A stretch of DNA of 64,000 bases from Gammaproteobacteria bacterium (GTDB lineage Bacteria; Pseudomonadota; Gammaproteobacteria; UBA6186; Azoamicaceae): assembly GCA_050012295.1 (NCBI GenBank), contig JBEKHL010000002.1, positions 11,725 through 75,724 of the forward strand, written 5' to 3'. The notes below the pieces were generated by a model. That model made no database searches and had not been told where the DNA came from. It saw only the letters and a list, made by a program, of their open reading frames with translations. Positions 18,731 through 30,460 of this stretch are shown piece by piece. The translations under genes were made by a program, and so were the position numbers. Positions within the stretch are counted from its first letter, which is position 1, and every line of letters starts with the position of its first letter.

Positions 18731-19873
18731 ATGATTTTTTTTGTAAAAAAAGAGTTCTTTTTAAGATTTTTTAAATTAGCCGCTTTTGTTGCGGTAGACA
18801 AAAAAATTGGGGCTAGTATTTTAGGATCGCATGTGTTGTTATCTGCAACCAAGCAAAAATTATCGTTGGTAGCCACAGATCTAGATATAGAATTAATAGT
18901 TGAAGAACCATTAACTTCCATTGAACAACCAGGGGCCGCAGTTATTCCTTTTCGTAAGATTAATGAAATTTGTAAGGCTATGACAGATGACGTAGAACTT
19001 CATGTGTTTATTGCCCCACCGTCGTCCAAAATACACATAGAATCTAGTCAAGGTTTTTTTTCAATTAATTATCTGGATGCACAAGAGTTTCCCGTGCTAA
19101 GTGATAAAGTTTTTTATACTTCTTTTTCTGTTTCCGCTAAAGTTTTGCAGGATTTGGTTAGTAAAACAGCCTTTGCTATGGGAGATGATGATAGTAGGCA
19201 GTTTCTAAATGGAGTTTTTTTATGTTTTTCTAATAATGAAATAGTGTCTGTTGCAACAGACGGACATCGTTTGGTTGTATGGGAGGCGATAAAAAACAAT
19301 AAGGTTTCCGAAAAAATTATACGAGACTTAGCAACGGAAGTAAAATTTCTATTACCCAGAAAAAGCGCGCTTGATCTTTTAAAAATTTTAAATGAAGCGC
19401 CAGCAGAAACAATGGTGCAGATGAGTGTTGGAGAAAATCACGTTAGGCTGATTATTAACAATATTACTTTTACATCTAAATTATTATCAGCAAATTTTCC
19501 TTCATACCAGAAACTAATTCCGGTCAAATTACAAAACGTATTGGTTACCAATAAAGAAACATTAAAAGCTTGTTTGTTGCGAGCTGCTGCTCTGTTGGGC
19601 GATAGATCTCAAGGAATTAGATTGGTTTTTTCTAAAGATACTTTACAAATGACGGCTAGAAATGAGAACGATGATTTAGTACAAGAAAATATATCGGTAC
19701 AGTATTTTGGGGTTCCATTAGAGATTTGCTTTAATATAAAATATTTATTAGAGTTTTTATCGAGTGTTGATGGTGATGAGGTCTCAATAAGGATGGAAAA
19801 CGCTAAAAGTGGAGTTTTAATGCAAGATGTAGCGTTAAAAAGTTCTTATGTGTTAATGCCGATGCAGTTGTAA
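18731..19873 (+). CDS. dnaN: DNA polymerase III beta sliding clamp
   Basis: 380 aa, starts 2 nt after the dnaA stop. Clamp pattern ..LSLVATDLDIEL.., ends ..YVLMPMQL. Confidence 0.95.
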   Translation: MIFFVKKEFFLRFFKLAAFVAVDKKIGASILGSHVLLSATKQKLSLVATDLDIELIVEEPLTSIEQPGAAVIPFRKINEICKAMTDDVELHVFIAPPSSKIHIESSQGFFSINYLDAQEFPVLSDKVFYTSFSVSAKVLQDLVSKTAFAMGDDDSRQFLNGVFLCFSNNEIVSVATDGHRLVVWEAIKNNKVSEKIIRDLATEVKFLLPRKSALDLLKILNEAPAETMVQMSVGENHVRLIINNITFTSKLLSANFPSYQKLIPVKLQNVLVTNKETLKACLLRAAALLGDRSQGIRLVFSKDTLQMTARNENDDLVQENISVQYFGVPLEICFNIKYLLEFLSSVDGDEVSIRMENAKSGVLMQDVALKSSYVLMPMQL

Positions 19874-19889
19874 TAATTGCGAGAGTCTA

Positions 19890-20990
19890 ATGTTAATTAA
19901 ACAATTATGTATAGATGGTGTTAGAAATTTAGAAAAATTAAATTTACAGTTGGCTCCCAACGTTAATGTTTTTATTGGTCTAAATGGTAGTGGAAAAACC
20001 AGTTTGTTAGAAAGCATTTATTTTTTGGCCTTGGGGCGTTCATTTAGAGTGGCGAATGTTGATGGTATAATAGGTTTTGATAAAACATTTGCTGCAGTAT
20101 CTGCGATTTATTCCGACAAAAGCGCTCAGCAAATAAAAATCAGCACAATAAAACACAAAAACAAAGATAAACTCAACAAAATTGGAGGAGCGCAAGCTGG
20201 TTTATCGCAAATTGCTCTTTTAGCCCCCACCCAAATAATCCACGAGGGTAGTAGTAAGTTGATTTTTGCTGAACCAGAAGGTCGTAGAAAATTTTTAGAT
20301 TGGATTGTTTTTTATTCTAATAAAGATTATCAACATTTGTGGAGAGATTTTAACAGAATATTACAGCAGCGTAATAGCGTATTAAAAAAACATCATAAAG
20401 AAACACGAGGCATTTTAAAAGAATTAGACAGAATGTTTGTTAATCTTGCTGAACAAATCAGGATGGCAAGACAAAAAACTTGGCAACAATTTTATGCTGT
20501 TTGGTTAAAGTGTTTTGATAAGCTAGGATTTAATAGTTGTATAAAGCCAGAGATTAGCCTTTTTGATGGTTGGAGCGGAGATTTATCTGAAAAGTTAATA
20601 CAAAATTATGAGGCAGATTTTAGGTTGAGTTTTACAACTGCCGGACCACACAGAGCAGATTTATATTTTTCTATAGAAAACAGAGCAGCAAAAGCAGTGT
20701 TATCTCGCGGGCAAGGTAAAGCGATATCTTTTAGTTTAATTTTAGCCAGATCGATTTTTTTGCAAGAACAATTGGATCAAAACAATACTGTTAGCGTATT
20801 ATTGATAGATGATTTGTGTGCAGAGTTAGATAATATTAATGGAAAAAAAATAATAGAGTTTTTGTTAAGTTTTAATCAAAAACAGCAAGTAGTTATCACT
20901 AGTATAAAAAAAAACAATTTGTTAAATATGCTACCAAAAGAAAGCTGTCAATGGTTTTCTATGAAAAGAGGCAAGGTAAATATTATATAG
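19890..20990 (+). CDS. recF: DNA replication and repair protein RecF
   Basis: 366 aa. Walker A GLNGSGKTSLLESI, signature-like LSRGQGKA, Walker B VLLIDDLCAELD. Confidence 0.95.
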   Translation: MLIKQLCIDGVRNLEKLNLQLAPNVNVFIGLNGSGKTSLLESIYFLALGRSFRVANVDGIIGFDKTFAAVSAIYSDKSAQQIKISTIKHKNKDKLNKIGGAQAGLSQIALLAPTQIIHEGSSKLIFAEPEGRRKFLDWIVFYSNKDYQHLWRDFNRILQQRNSVLKKHHKETRGILKELDRMFVNLAEQIRMARQKTWQQFYAVWLKCFDKLGFNSCIKPEISLFDGWSGDLSEKLIQNYEADFRLSFTTAGPHRADLYFSIENRAAKAVLSRGQGKAISFSLILARSIFLQEQLDQNNTVSVLLIDDLCAELDNINGKKIIEFLLSFNQKQQVVITSIKKNNLLNMLPKESCQWFSMKRGKVNII

Positions 20991-21001
20991 ATGGTTAGTG
21001 T

Positions 21002-22300
21002 TTATAATTTGGGATTTCTTTCAATTTTAATAAACATAATATATAGCACCGCGACTATACCCAATATATAACAATAATATACATGAGGAGTGATTGCTAA
21101 CGGAGAAACGCCAGCAATAGCGCTAGCTAAAAGTATTTGGGCTCCATAAGGAATAATACCTTGAAACACGCAAGAAAAAATATCTAGCCATGCTGCACTG
21201 TAGTGGGCTGGGATATGGTGTTTTTTAGCGATGTTTCTTGCTGTTTCCCCGCTAAAAATTATTGCGATAGTATTATTGGCAAGCAACAGATCAAAAACAC
21301 TTACTATTTTAGCGATAAATAGTTGTGCCATTTTGGATCCTCCTTGTAGCTTAGCAATCCACGAGGAAAGATAATTAGTAAGCTCTTTTGCGCCTTTACT
21401 TGCGAGACCAGAAAGTCCGCCAACCATTAATGAAAGCAACATAATTTCGTGCATGGATGTAAAACCGGCAGTGATATTATTGCTTAAAAATAATAAATCA
21501 TGATGGTTATCGTTGATAAAACCAACAATTCCAGCGTAAGCTATACTCGCCACTAGAGATATAAATATATTTACACCAAAAATCGCAAGCAATATTAACA
21601 CAACATACGGAGACACCAACAATAAAGAATACTCACCTGTAACTACGAAAGAACCCTTGCAGGTATGCAGAAAAAGTAAAGGCAAGGTTAGCATAGAAGC
21701 AATTAATGCTATTTTTGCGTTAATTTTTAATTTCGCTTTCATGTCGGCTTCTTGGGACATTACTGCCGCAATAGTAGTGTCTGAAATAATCGAGAGATTG
21801 TCACCAAACATTGCTCCACCAACAACGGTTGCTACGCCCAAAATCGTAGAGGATCCTGCTTGAGCACTCAAAGCTGCTGCAATAGGCGTAATAGTAGCGA
21901 TAGTACCCATGGAAGTACCTATAGCCATTGAAATAAAAGCCGCAGAAATAAAAATACCAATTAGAAAAAATTGTGACGGTATTAAAGTAAGTGCAAGATT
22001 AACGGTAGCGTCGACACTACCAATTGCTTTGGTGGTCTCGCTAAAGGCACCGGCTAGTAAGAAAATAATACACATAGTAATAATGTCTCGATGTCTAACT
22101 CCATCTAAGAAAGCATCCATACGCTCTTTGGTGCTACCTTTATGTAAAATCCAACCAAGAGCTATAGAAGGAATAATGGCGGTTAACGGAGATATTTGAT
22201 AAAAGGCATTGGCTATATTGTTAGAGGAGAAGTATATGCCGCTTCCTACAAATAGTAATATAAACAATAAAACAGGTATAAAATGTACTAAACAAACCAC
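21002..22300 (-). CDS. NhaC-family Na+/H+ antiporter-like membrane transporter
   Basis: 432 aa, GTG start, about 11-12 TM helices. The sequence pattern resembles the NhaC C-terminal family. Family call is from memory only. Confidence 0.55.
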   Translation of the reverse strand: MVCLVHFIPVLLFILLFVGSGIYFSSNNIANAFYQISPLTAIIPSIALGWILHKGSTKERMDAFLDGVRHRDIITMCIIFLLAGAFSETTKAIGSVDATVNLALTLIPSQFFLIGIFISAAFISMAIGTSMGTIATITPIAAALSAQAGSSTILGVATVVGGAMFGDNLSIISDTTIAAVMSQEADMKAKLKINAKIALIASMLTLPLLFLHTCKGSFVVTGEYSLLLVSPYVVLILLAIFGVNIFISLVASIAYAGIVGFINDNHHDLLFLSNNITAGFTSMHEIMLLSLMVGGLSGLASKGAKELTNYLSSWIAKLQGGSKMAQLFIAKIVSVFDLLLANNTIAIIFSGETARNIAKKHHIPAHYSAAWLDIFSCVFQGIIPYGAQILLASAIAGVSPLAITPHVYYCYILGIVAVLYIMFIKIERNPKL

Positions 22301-22449
22301 AACTTTCTGTTGTCCTAAAAACGTTTTTAATTATTATAACCACATTATAGTTAAATTTTCAAACTAAGAAGTGTTAAAAAATAGCTAGAGTGAAACAGCA
22401 GTGTATAAAGGTTAGAGTTGTTTTGGGTATATTCCTTATTTTAGTGCCA

Positions 22450-23064
22450 TTACGGTTTATTTGAAGGTTTGTTTGTATTATCATTAAAATTATCCGTAGC
22501 CCTTAGTATTGCTTGCTCATTAGAATGAGCTTCTAGCACGAATAACACCAAATTGTTTGGAACTGCAACCATATGCTCTCTAACTAAACTTGTTGTTGGT
22601 ACTAAATTTTTTATTCCTCCACTAATTAACAGATCATAAGCTACGCCACTATAACTATTTGTTTCCAAATATTTCTTTAAAAAACGGTTGTTGCCATATT
22701 CATCTAACTTTTGCTTAAGATTATTTACATCTAAAGTATATAAATCTACAGTATAATCTGGAGATTTATATTGTATTTGTTTATCTAAAATTGAATTTAT
22801 ATCGTTAATAAAATTTTGTTGTGGTTTATATTTATTAAATACCGTGATTCCTTCGGGCCATAAACTAACATATATTTCTCTAGTTTCTATCGAAACAAGC
22901 CCTATATTTGATTGAACCCCTTTAATTAATGGGAAAGGGACTAAAAAAGATTTTGTTACGTTAATATGGTTAAGAGGTGTAAACCTTTTTGAATAATAAG
23001 ATTCAAGGAAATATCCAGATTTCCATATCCTAATTCTAGTTAGAAGAGAGTTTTTCCCAATCAT
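22450..23064 (-). CDS. Hypothetical protein (orphan, 204 aa)
   Basis: Clean ORF with an ATG start. No signal peptide, TM segment or catalytic motif recognised. Divergent from the next orphan. Confidence 0.5.
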   Translation of the reverse strand: MIGKNSLLTRIRIWKSGYFLESYYSKRFTPLNHINVTKSFLVPFPLIKGVQSNIGLVSIETREIYVSLWPEGITVFNKYKPQQNFINDINSILDKQIQYKSPDYTVDLYTLDVNNLKQKLDEYGNNRFLKKYLETNSYSGVAYDLLISGGIKNLVPTTSLVREHMVAVPNNLVLFVLEAHSNEQAILRATDNFNDNTNKPSNKP

Positions 23065-23207
23065 AACGCTGCTTCCATAATTTCGTTAACCTTTTATAAC
23101 TTAATTATCATTATAATATATATTGACACAATTTTAAAAACCATATAACTTACAGCCACAGGTTGATATCAATAATAAAACGGTTATAAAAAGCTATTTA
23201 TTTTTTT

Positions 23208-24098
23208 ATGTTAAATTTAAATATATTGTTACAAAAGATCCGTAACCATTTTATTGAAAAAAAAACGATTTCTATAACAACAGAAGAAGCAACATTTAGT
23301 AAAGACTTAAATAACTCTATAACAAGAGCGTTAAATTTTTTACTGTTTATTTTAACCAACAAACCTGGTGTTATACAGGTGTTGGATAATTTAACCAAAA
23401 ACCCAGATTTTTGGGAGGCTGTCCACGTTAATAATTTTATTGTAAAACACTTAGAAAAAATAATGCCGGCATTGCGTATTGATTACGATGATATGGTTAA
23501 TTTGTCTACCATGTTGTCTGTGGTTACAACCTTAAGTTTTTATGTTGTAAAATTAAACGAAGGCGTAACTGATCTACAGGCAGAAGCTTTTAGAAACGAT
23601 ATCAAATTTATTTTTGAATATCTTCGAAGCCAAAAAATTTATGATCAACCATCTTCATCATCGTTGTCATTTTGTTGCCCACAACATTTTATTCAGGTTG
23701 CGTACACTATAGCCACCACAGAAAAAAAATTAGCTAAATTGAGTGTAACGACATTAACAACAAATGAATTTGATATTAAACAGCAAGAAAGGCTGGCTGA
23801 ACTAGAGAAAAATTTTTTCATACAAATAGGAATTATTTTAACTACACAAAACGATACTTCAAGTTTAGCTAGAGATTTGTTACTGCGGGCGCATATTATA
23901 AAAAAAGAAGCTGAAAAACTAGTATTGTTTCGTTTTGCATCAATAACCAAAAATAGTAGTACTGTAGGCTGCCAACGTACAGATTCTTATAATAGTCTTA
24001 ACGATAGCTATTCAACTCAAATGATCAGCGGTAACGAGAATAACGATTCTAGCGATCAAGAAAGTAATTTTTTTGGGAAAACTGTTTGTTTATACTAA
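23208..24098 (+). CDS. Hypothetical protein (orphan, 296 aa, helical with Ser/Asn-rich C-terminal tail)
   Basis: Clean ORF. No motif recognised. C-terminal low-complexity ..NSLNDSYSTQMISGNENNDSSDQESN... The stop codon lies inside the left arm of the 36-bp hairpin. Confidence 0.55.
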   Translation: MLNLNILLQKIRNHFIEKKTISITTEEATFSKDLNNSITRALNFLLFILTNKPGVIQVLDNLTKNPDFWEAVHVNNFIVKHLEKIMPALRIDYDDMVNLSTMLSVVTTLSFYVVKLNEGVTDLQAEAFRNDIKFIFEYLRSQKIYDQPSSSSLSFCCPQHFIQVAYTIATTEKKLAKLSVTTLTTNEFDIKQQERLAELEKNFFIQIGIILTTQNDTSSLARDLLLRAHIIKKEAEKLVLFRFASITKNSSTVGCQRTDSYNSLNDSYSTQMISGNENNDSSDQESNFFGKTVCLY

Positions 24099-24206
24099 AT
24101 GCACCTGAGATTTCGGTATTCTAAAATTAAAATGCTGTTGTTTGAGCCACGAAGTGGCGAGTTTACAGCTTTTTAATTTTAGAATACCGAAATCTCAGGT
24201 GCATTT
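24097..24206. repeat. Perfect 36-bp inverted repeat (110-nt hairpin) between convergent genes
   Basis: Left arm 24097-24132 AAATGCACCTGAGATTTCGGTATTCTAAAATTAAAA is the exact reverse complement of 24171-24206. The 38-nt spacer pairs further (GCTGT/ACAGC) and holds a nested GCCAC-GAA-GTGGC mini-hairpin at 24146-24158. Confidence 0.9.
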
Positions 24207-24215
24207 ATAGTATCC

Positions 24216-25255
24216 CTAAAATTTATGTGTGTTTAGCATGGAAAGACAAGCATCTAGTTCGGTAATATTTGCTATTGACGTAAAAAAAGAAGTCACAAAT
24301 CTATACAATTTTTCTTCTGGTGCGCCCCATTCATAAAATCCGCAATTGTTTTGTCTTAAATAGGTGGCGCATTTGGAGGAAAATTTCACAAATAGTTCAT
24401 TAGATTCAACAGGATATATAATTTCTATGTTATGTTTAAGAAATACTTGGGCAAGTTGTTTAGCCATAAAATTAGCATGGGCTGCATTTTTAAGCCATAA
24501 ATCTTGGTGTAAATATGCTAAAAATTGGCAAGAGAAGAACCGGGACTTAGATGTAAGTTGGCCGGATCTTTTAAGCGTGTAATCAAAATTTTCAGCATAT
24601 TTATGGTTAAAAAATACTATCGCTTCTGCGCAAATCGCCCCGTTTTTTGTGGCGCCAAAACTAAGTACATCGATTCCGGTTTTCCAGGTTATGTCTGCGG
24701 GACTACAATTAAGAGCGACAAGGCTATTAGCAAAACGCGCCCCATCCATATGGATTGGTAAATTATGTTCCATAGCGATTTTATGTATTTCTGTTAGTTC
24801 TTGAACAGTATATATAGTGCCGCATTCGGTAGCCTGGGTTATACTGATACAGCCAGGCTTTTGTTCGTGCGGTCTAGAAGAAAATGAGTGTAAAATTTTT
24901 TTACTTAAAGAATCCGGGTTAATTTTTCCGTTAACCCCCTCTAAAGTTACTAGCTTTGCCCCTCCGGTAAAAAATTCTGGAGCGCCGCATTCGTCCGTAT
25001 TAATATGAGCTTTATTGTGGCAGTATATAGCCTCGTAAGACTTGGTTAACAAGACAAGGCTAAACAATTTGCAGCGGTACCGGTGTTCGTTAAAAATATA
25101 ATTACTTCTTTTTCAAAAACCTCGGACAATTTTTTTTGTAATATTAAAGAATAATCGTCGGCCCCATAAGAAGATTGGAAACCTTGGTTCGCTTTTGTTA
25201 TTGCTTCAATAATCTCCGGATTTGTTGGCGCTACATTGTCGCTCTTGAAATTCAT
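24216..25255 (-). pseudogene. ltaE: Low-specificity L-threonine aldolase (beta-eliminating lyase family), split by a 1-nt frameshift
   Basis: N-terminal part [24 protein letters not shown] (25046-25255) continues in the other frame as ..[39 protein letters not shown].. (24216-25067). The frame break is at about 25049-25057. Confidence 0.8.
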
Positions 25256-25395
25256 TGTCGTTCCTCTTGGATTTGTTAAGACGGCGAACAGAATACTCCA
25301 ACAGCAAAAAATATCAAATAAAATTCTTCGTAAAACAAAGAATAGCCTAAAAATAGCCTTAAGGTTACGGTATGATGATGTTGCACGCAAGATTA

Positions 25396-25413
25396 ATGTT
25401 CCACGTGGAACAT
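25396..25413. promoter_or_regulatory. Perfect 18-bp palindrome ATGTTCCACGTGGAACAT (candidate operator) in the ltaE/gyrB divergent gap
   Basis: Read directly from the sequence. It is 84 nt upstream of the gyrB ATG and 141 nt upstream of the ltaE ATG. A TTGACA hexamer lies at 25439-25444. Confidence 0.5.
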
Positions 25414-25475
25414 GGTCTGCTGATTAGGTGACAGTAAGTTGACACTGTTGTGTGCGATTTATACCATTAGACTAG

Positions 25476-27933
<2,458 letters not shown>

Positions 27934-27935
<2 letters not shown>

Positions 27936-27974
27936 AGCCTGTTAAAAAATAACTTGTCTATTTTAACAGGCTCT
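27934..27974. terminator. 14-bp-stem hairpin between convergent gyrB and the 438-aa orphan (bidirectional terminator candidate)
   Basis: AGAGCCTGTTAAAA (27934-27947) pairs with TTTTAACAGGCTCT (27961-27974), with a 13-nt loop. It overlaps the gyrB stop codon. Confidence 0.55.
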
Positions 27975-27981
27975 AAGTATA

Positions 27982-29298
27982 TTATAAAGATGGTCCTACT
28001 CGAAACAAAGATAAAGGATTTTGTGGTTGGGGATAGGTAGGAGAGGCGTTTGGGGAGGTATTCTGGGATGGAGCAGAAGAAGTTTTATGTTGGGGAGAAT
28101 TGTTTAAGCTACCTGCAGGAGAATTGGTGATGCTACCTGGTAACGATGGGAGTTCAGGCTCAATAGAAGACAAACTAGTTTTTATTTCGCTAGACATGGC
28201 GTTAGACAGGGTAGGTGGGTCGATTTCATCTATAGAGTCGTTAGTAAGCTTTGCTTTATAGAAATCTATAATAGGGTTGTGTATTGGAGTAACAGTAGTT
28301 ATTTCCATAGCTCTTAGTTTTTTTTCTAAAGATTCTTGATTTTTTGAGTGTTGAGAGGACGAGTTTTCTTCTTGGTGAGAGGATGAGCTATTCGAATATT
28401 GTTCATCTTGGCTGGATTGAGTGTCTGAGCGCTGTCGTTCACTATCGCTTTGTTTATTATCATAATCTGAGCATGCTGTAGGTGACAATGGACATTTTGG
28501 AATGTTCGATGGTTGTTCTGTTTGGTTTAAATGTGTTCTAGAATCTGAGCATTCTAGAAAATCTAAATGTTTATGTTTATCTAAGTGTTCTGTTAAGATT
28601 GGGAATTCACTAGTTGTGCTTAAGCAAGCAAGATAATATGGTTGCATTTCTTTTATTTGTTTAGTAATAATTCGTTGTTTTGGCATAAAAGTATTGATTA
28701 AGTTTTGAAAATAAGATTGCTGTATTAGGCGTTTTATTTGATTCAGTCTAGTTTGTGGTTGTTCGTTAAATAATATATTTAACGCGCTTTGTTTATATTT
28801 ATTTTGTATAGGCAAAGCACTATATATGTCTGTAATACGTTCTGGATTATCTTTGGCTAAATTAATTAATTTTTGTAATAGTATATATGCATCTTTATTT
28901 TTATGTTTCGTTAAAATAAGGTATAAACCACTACAGCCATAGGAATCTTGTAGTGCTAAAGTTTTATATAATTTTTGTAGTATTTGAGGGTTGTTTGATA
29001 ATTTTTGTAGAGATAGCAAGTTAAAAACATCATATAATTCTTTGATTTTTACTAAATCATCTCCAGCCAAACGAGTTAATTCATCAAAAGTTAATTCAAT
29101 AATTTTATTTATTATAGCATCTTGGTTATAAGGGTTTATGGCGACTGAAAGATAGCTTTTTAAAAACATTAACAGATCTTTGTCGGGTTTTTTTAACACA
29201 AAAATAATGTCGTTTACTTCTTTGTGTTTTTTAAATTTTTTTTTTGTAAGCAATTTAAGTAAACGCTGTTTAAATGGTTGCTCATCGTTAGGTATCAT
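27982..29298 (-). CDS. Hypothetical protein, effector-like (helical N-domain plus long Ser/Gln/Pro-rich disordered tail)
   Basis: 438-aa ORF. The N-terminal ~230 aa are helical with LQKL-type repeats. The C-terminal ~190 aa are low complexity (..SDSERQRSDTQSSQDEQYSNSSSSHQEENSSSQHS.., ..SPNASPTYPQPQNP..). Confidence 0.6.
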   Translation of the reverse strand: MIPNDEQPFKQRLLKLLTKKKFKKHKEVNDIIFVLKKPDKDLLMFLKSYLSVAINPYNQDAIINKIIELTFDELTRLAGDDLVKIKELYDVFNLLSLQKLSNNPQILQKLYKTLALQDSYGCSGLYLILTKHKNKDAYILLQKLINLAKDNPERITDIYSALPIQNKYKQSALNILFNEQPQTRLNQIKRLIQQSYFQNLINTFMPKQRIITKQIKEMQPYYLACLSTTSEFPILTEHLDKHKHLDFLECSDSRTHLNQTEQPSNIPKCPLSPTACSDYDNKQSDSERQRSDTQSSQDEQYSNSSSSHQEENSSSQHSKNQESLEKKLRAMEITTVTPIHNPIIDFYKAKLTNDSIDEIDPPTLSNAMSSEIKTSLSSIEPELPSLPGSITNSPAGSLNNSPQHKTSSAPSQNTSPNASPTYPQPQNPLSLFRVGPSL

Positions 29299-29605
29299 TA
29301 TATTTATTATCCTTAAATAACAAGTTTAGTCTATGGTTTCCGAACTTGTTATGGTCATTTAAAATTGTGGTATTATGGTGTGTATATGCCGAAATTCAAA
29401 TGTATATACAAGTGTAGGCCATAGGGTTTAAAGGGTTTAGTTTGTTGTCAATTAGCGTTTTTGTGATAGTAGGTCGTTTATTATGTTGATATCCTCCATA
29501 GAATAATAATAAAAAAATAAACCAATTTTATCTTTTTAATTTTAGGGGATATAAAAGATAAAATTATTTAGGTGGGGTTGAAGTAAATAGAGATATATTA
29601 TTTTT

Positions 29606-30460
29606 TTACCCCATCTTTTTTATTGTGGCAATTGTCTCTCCGACTTTGATTTCTTTATTAATAAAGAAATTATCAGAAAAAGTAATTTTATTGTTTTCTA
29701 ATAAAAGGATTACGGTAGAGCCTAATTTAAACAACCCCATTTCTTGAAAGCTTTTTAATGTTATGGAGTTGGCTGGATAATTCCAGTTCGTTATGGAACG
29801 TGGTTTTATGGGGGTAACTTGTCCATGCCAAGAAGTTACTATGCTTCCTACAATCATAGCTCCTACAAGAATAATGGTTATTTTACCTATTTCACTGTTA
29901 AAAATAGAGATCACTCTTTCGTTATTAGTAAAAAGATTTGGTATTTTTTCGACTATGGCAGTATTTACTGAAAACAATTTGCCAGGGATATATAACATCT
30001 TTTCTAGGGTGGCATTAAATGGCATATGTATTCGATGATAATTATGTGGAGCTAAGTAAATCGTGATAAATTTACCATCAGAAAATGGTTGTAGATCTAT
30101 TGGGTTTGTGGAAGCTAATAAGTTAGTTAAACTTAGATTAGTATTTTTAACATTAAGTAAAGTATTGTTTTTTATATCACCATATTGAGTAATAAATCCA
30201 TCTGCTGGGCTTATTATAGAATTGGGGGTCTGATCAGGAGATCTGGCATTAATATGTAGTTTACGTGTGAAAAAATCATTATAATTCTTATAAGCAAGCG
30301 GGTTAGTTTGGGTTGTTTCTTGCATGTTAACAGAAGGATAGAATTTTAAAAAACAATTAATTAAAAAATTTTTGATCCAAATTATTTCACAATTTGCTAA
30401 TAATTGAGCTAATTTATTTATATAGTGATGTGGTAATAAGTATTGTAAAAAAAGATCCAT
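29606..30460 (-). CDS. psd: Phosphatidylserine decarboxylase proenzyme
   Basis: Start moved to ATG 30460 (MDLFLQYLLPHH..). Self-cleavage motif FKLGSTVILL near the C-terminus. Confidence 0.9.
   Translation of the reverse strand: MDLFLQYLLPHHYINKLAQLLANCEIIWIKNFLINCFLKFYPSVNMQETTQTNPLAYKNYNDFFTRKLHINARSPDQTPNSIISPADGFITQYGDIKNNTLLNVKNTNLSLTNLLASTNPIDLQPFSDGKFITIYLAPHNYHRIHMPFNATLEKMLYIPGKLFSVNTAIVEKIPNLFTNNERVISIFNSEIGKITIILVGAMIVGSIVTSWHGQVTPIKPRSITNWNYPANSITLKSFQEMGLFKLGSTVILLLENNKITFSDNFFINKEIKVGETIATIKKMG

Noticed and set aside
17766-19299. ORFs 17766-17975 (-), 18135-18461 (-), 18718-18921 (-) and 19114-19299 (-)
   Set aside because: Antisense to dnaA and dnaN.
21657-22199. ORFs 21657-21863 (+) and 21909-22199 (+)
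   Set aside because: Antisense within the NhaC-like transporter. Hydrophobic mirror-frame artefacts.
22316-22329. Palindrome TAAAAACGTTTTTA just upstream of the NhaC-like start, and AAAAACA-tag-TGTTTTT at 39495-39511
   Set aside because: These are almost pure A/T homopolymer arms. Such palindromes arise readily by chance in this composition and would form very weak structures.
23095-23152. Direct repeat TATAACTTA (23095-23103 and 23144-23152) in the orphan-pair control region
   Set aside because: This is an AT-only 9-mer in very AT-rich DNA. Chance recurrence is plausible and there is no further support.
23198-23950. ORFs 23198-23398 (-) and 23693-23950 (-)
   Set aside because: Antisense to the 296-aa orphan. 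They are shorter and lack start context. The plus-strand ORF is preferred, though both are unverified.
24084-24098. CaaX prenylation box at the C-termini of the orphan (..KTVCLY*) and of the partial ORF at 1-114 (..KNYC*)
   Set aside because: The Cys is not at position -4 in either case, so these are not CaaX motifs.
24364-25008. ORFs 24364-24582, 24525-24761 and 24817-25008 (+)
   Set aside because: Antisense within the threonine aldolase pseudogene.
25236-25427. N-terminal extension of the 25046-25390 ORF and ORF 25236-25427 (+)
   Set aside because: The family-like sequence starts at MNFKSDNV (ATG 25255). The upstream 45 codons are non-homologous read-through of intergenic DNA.
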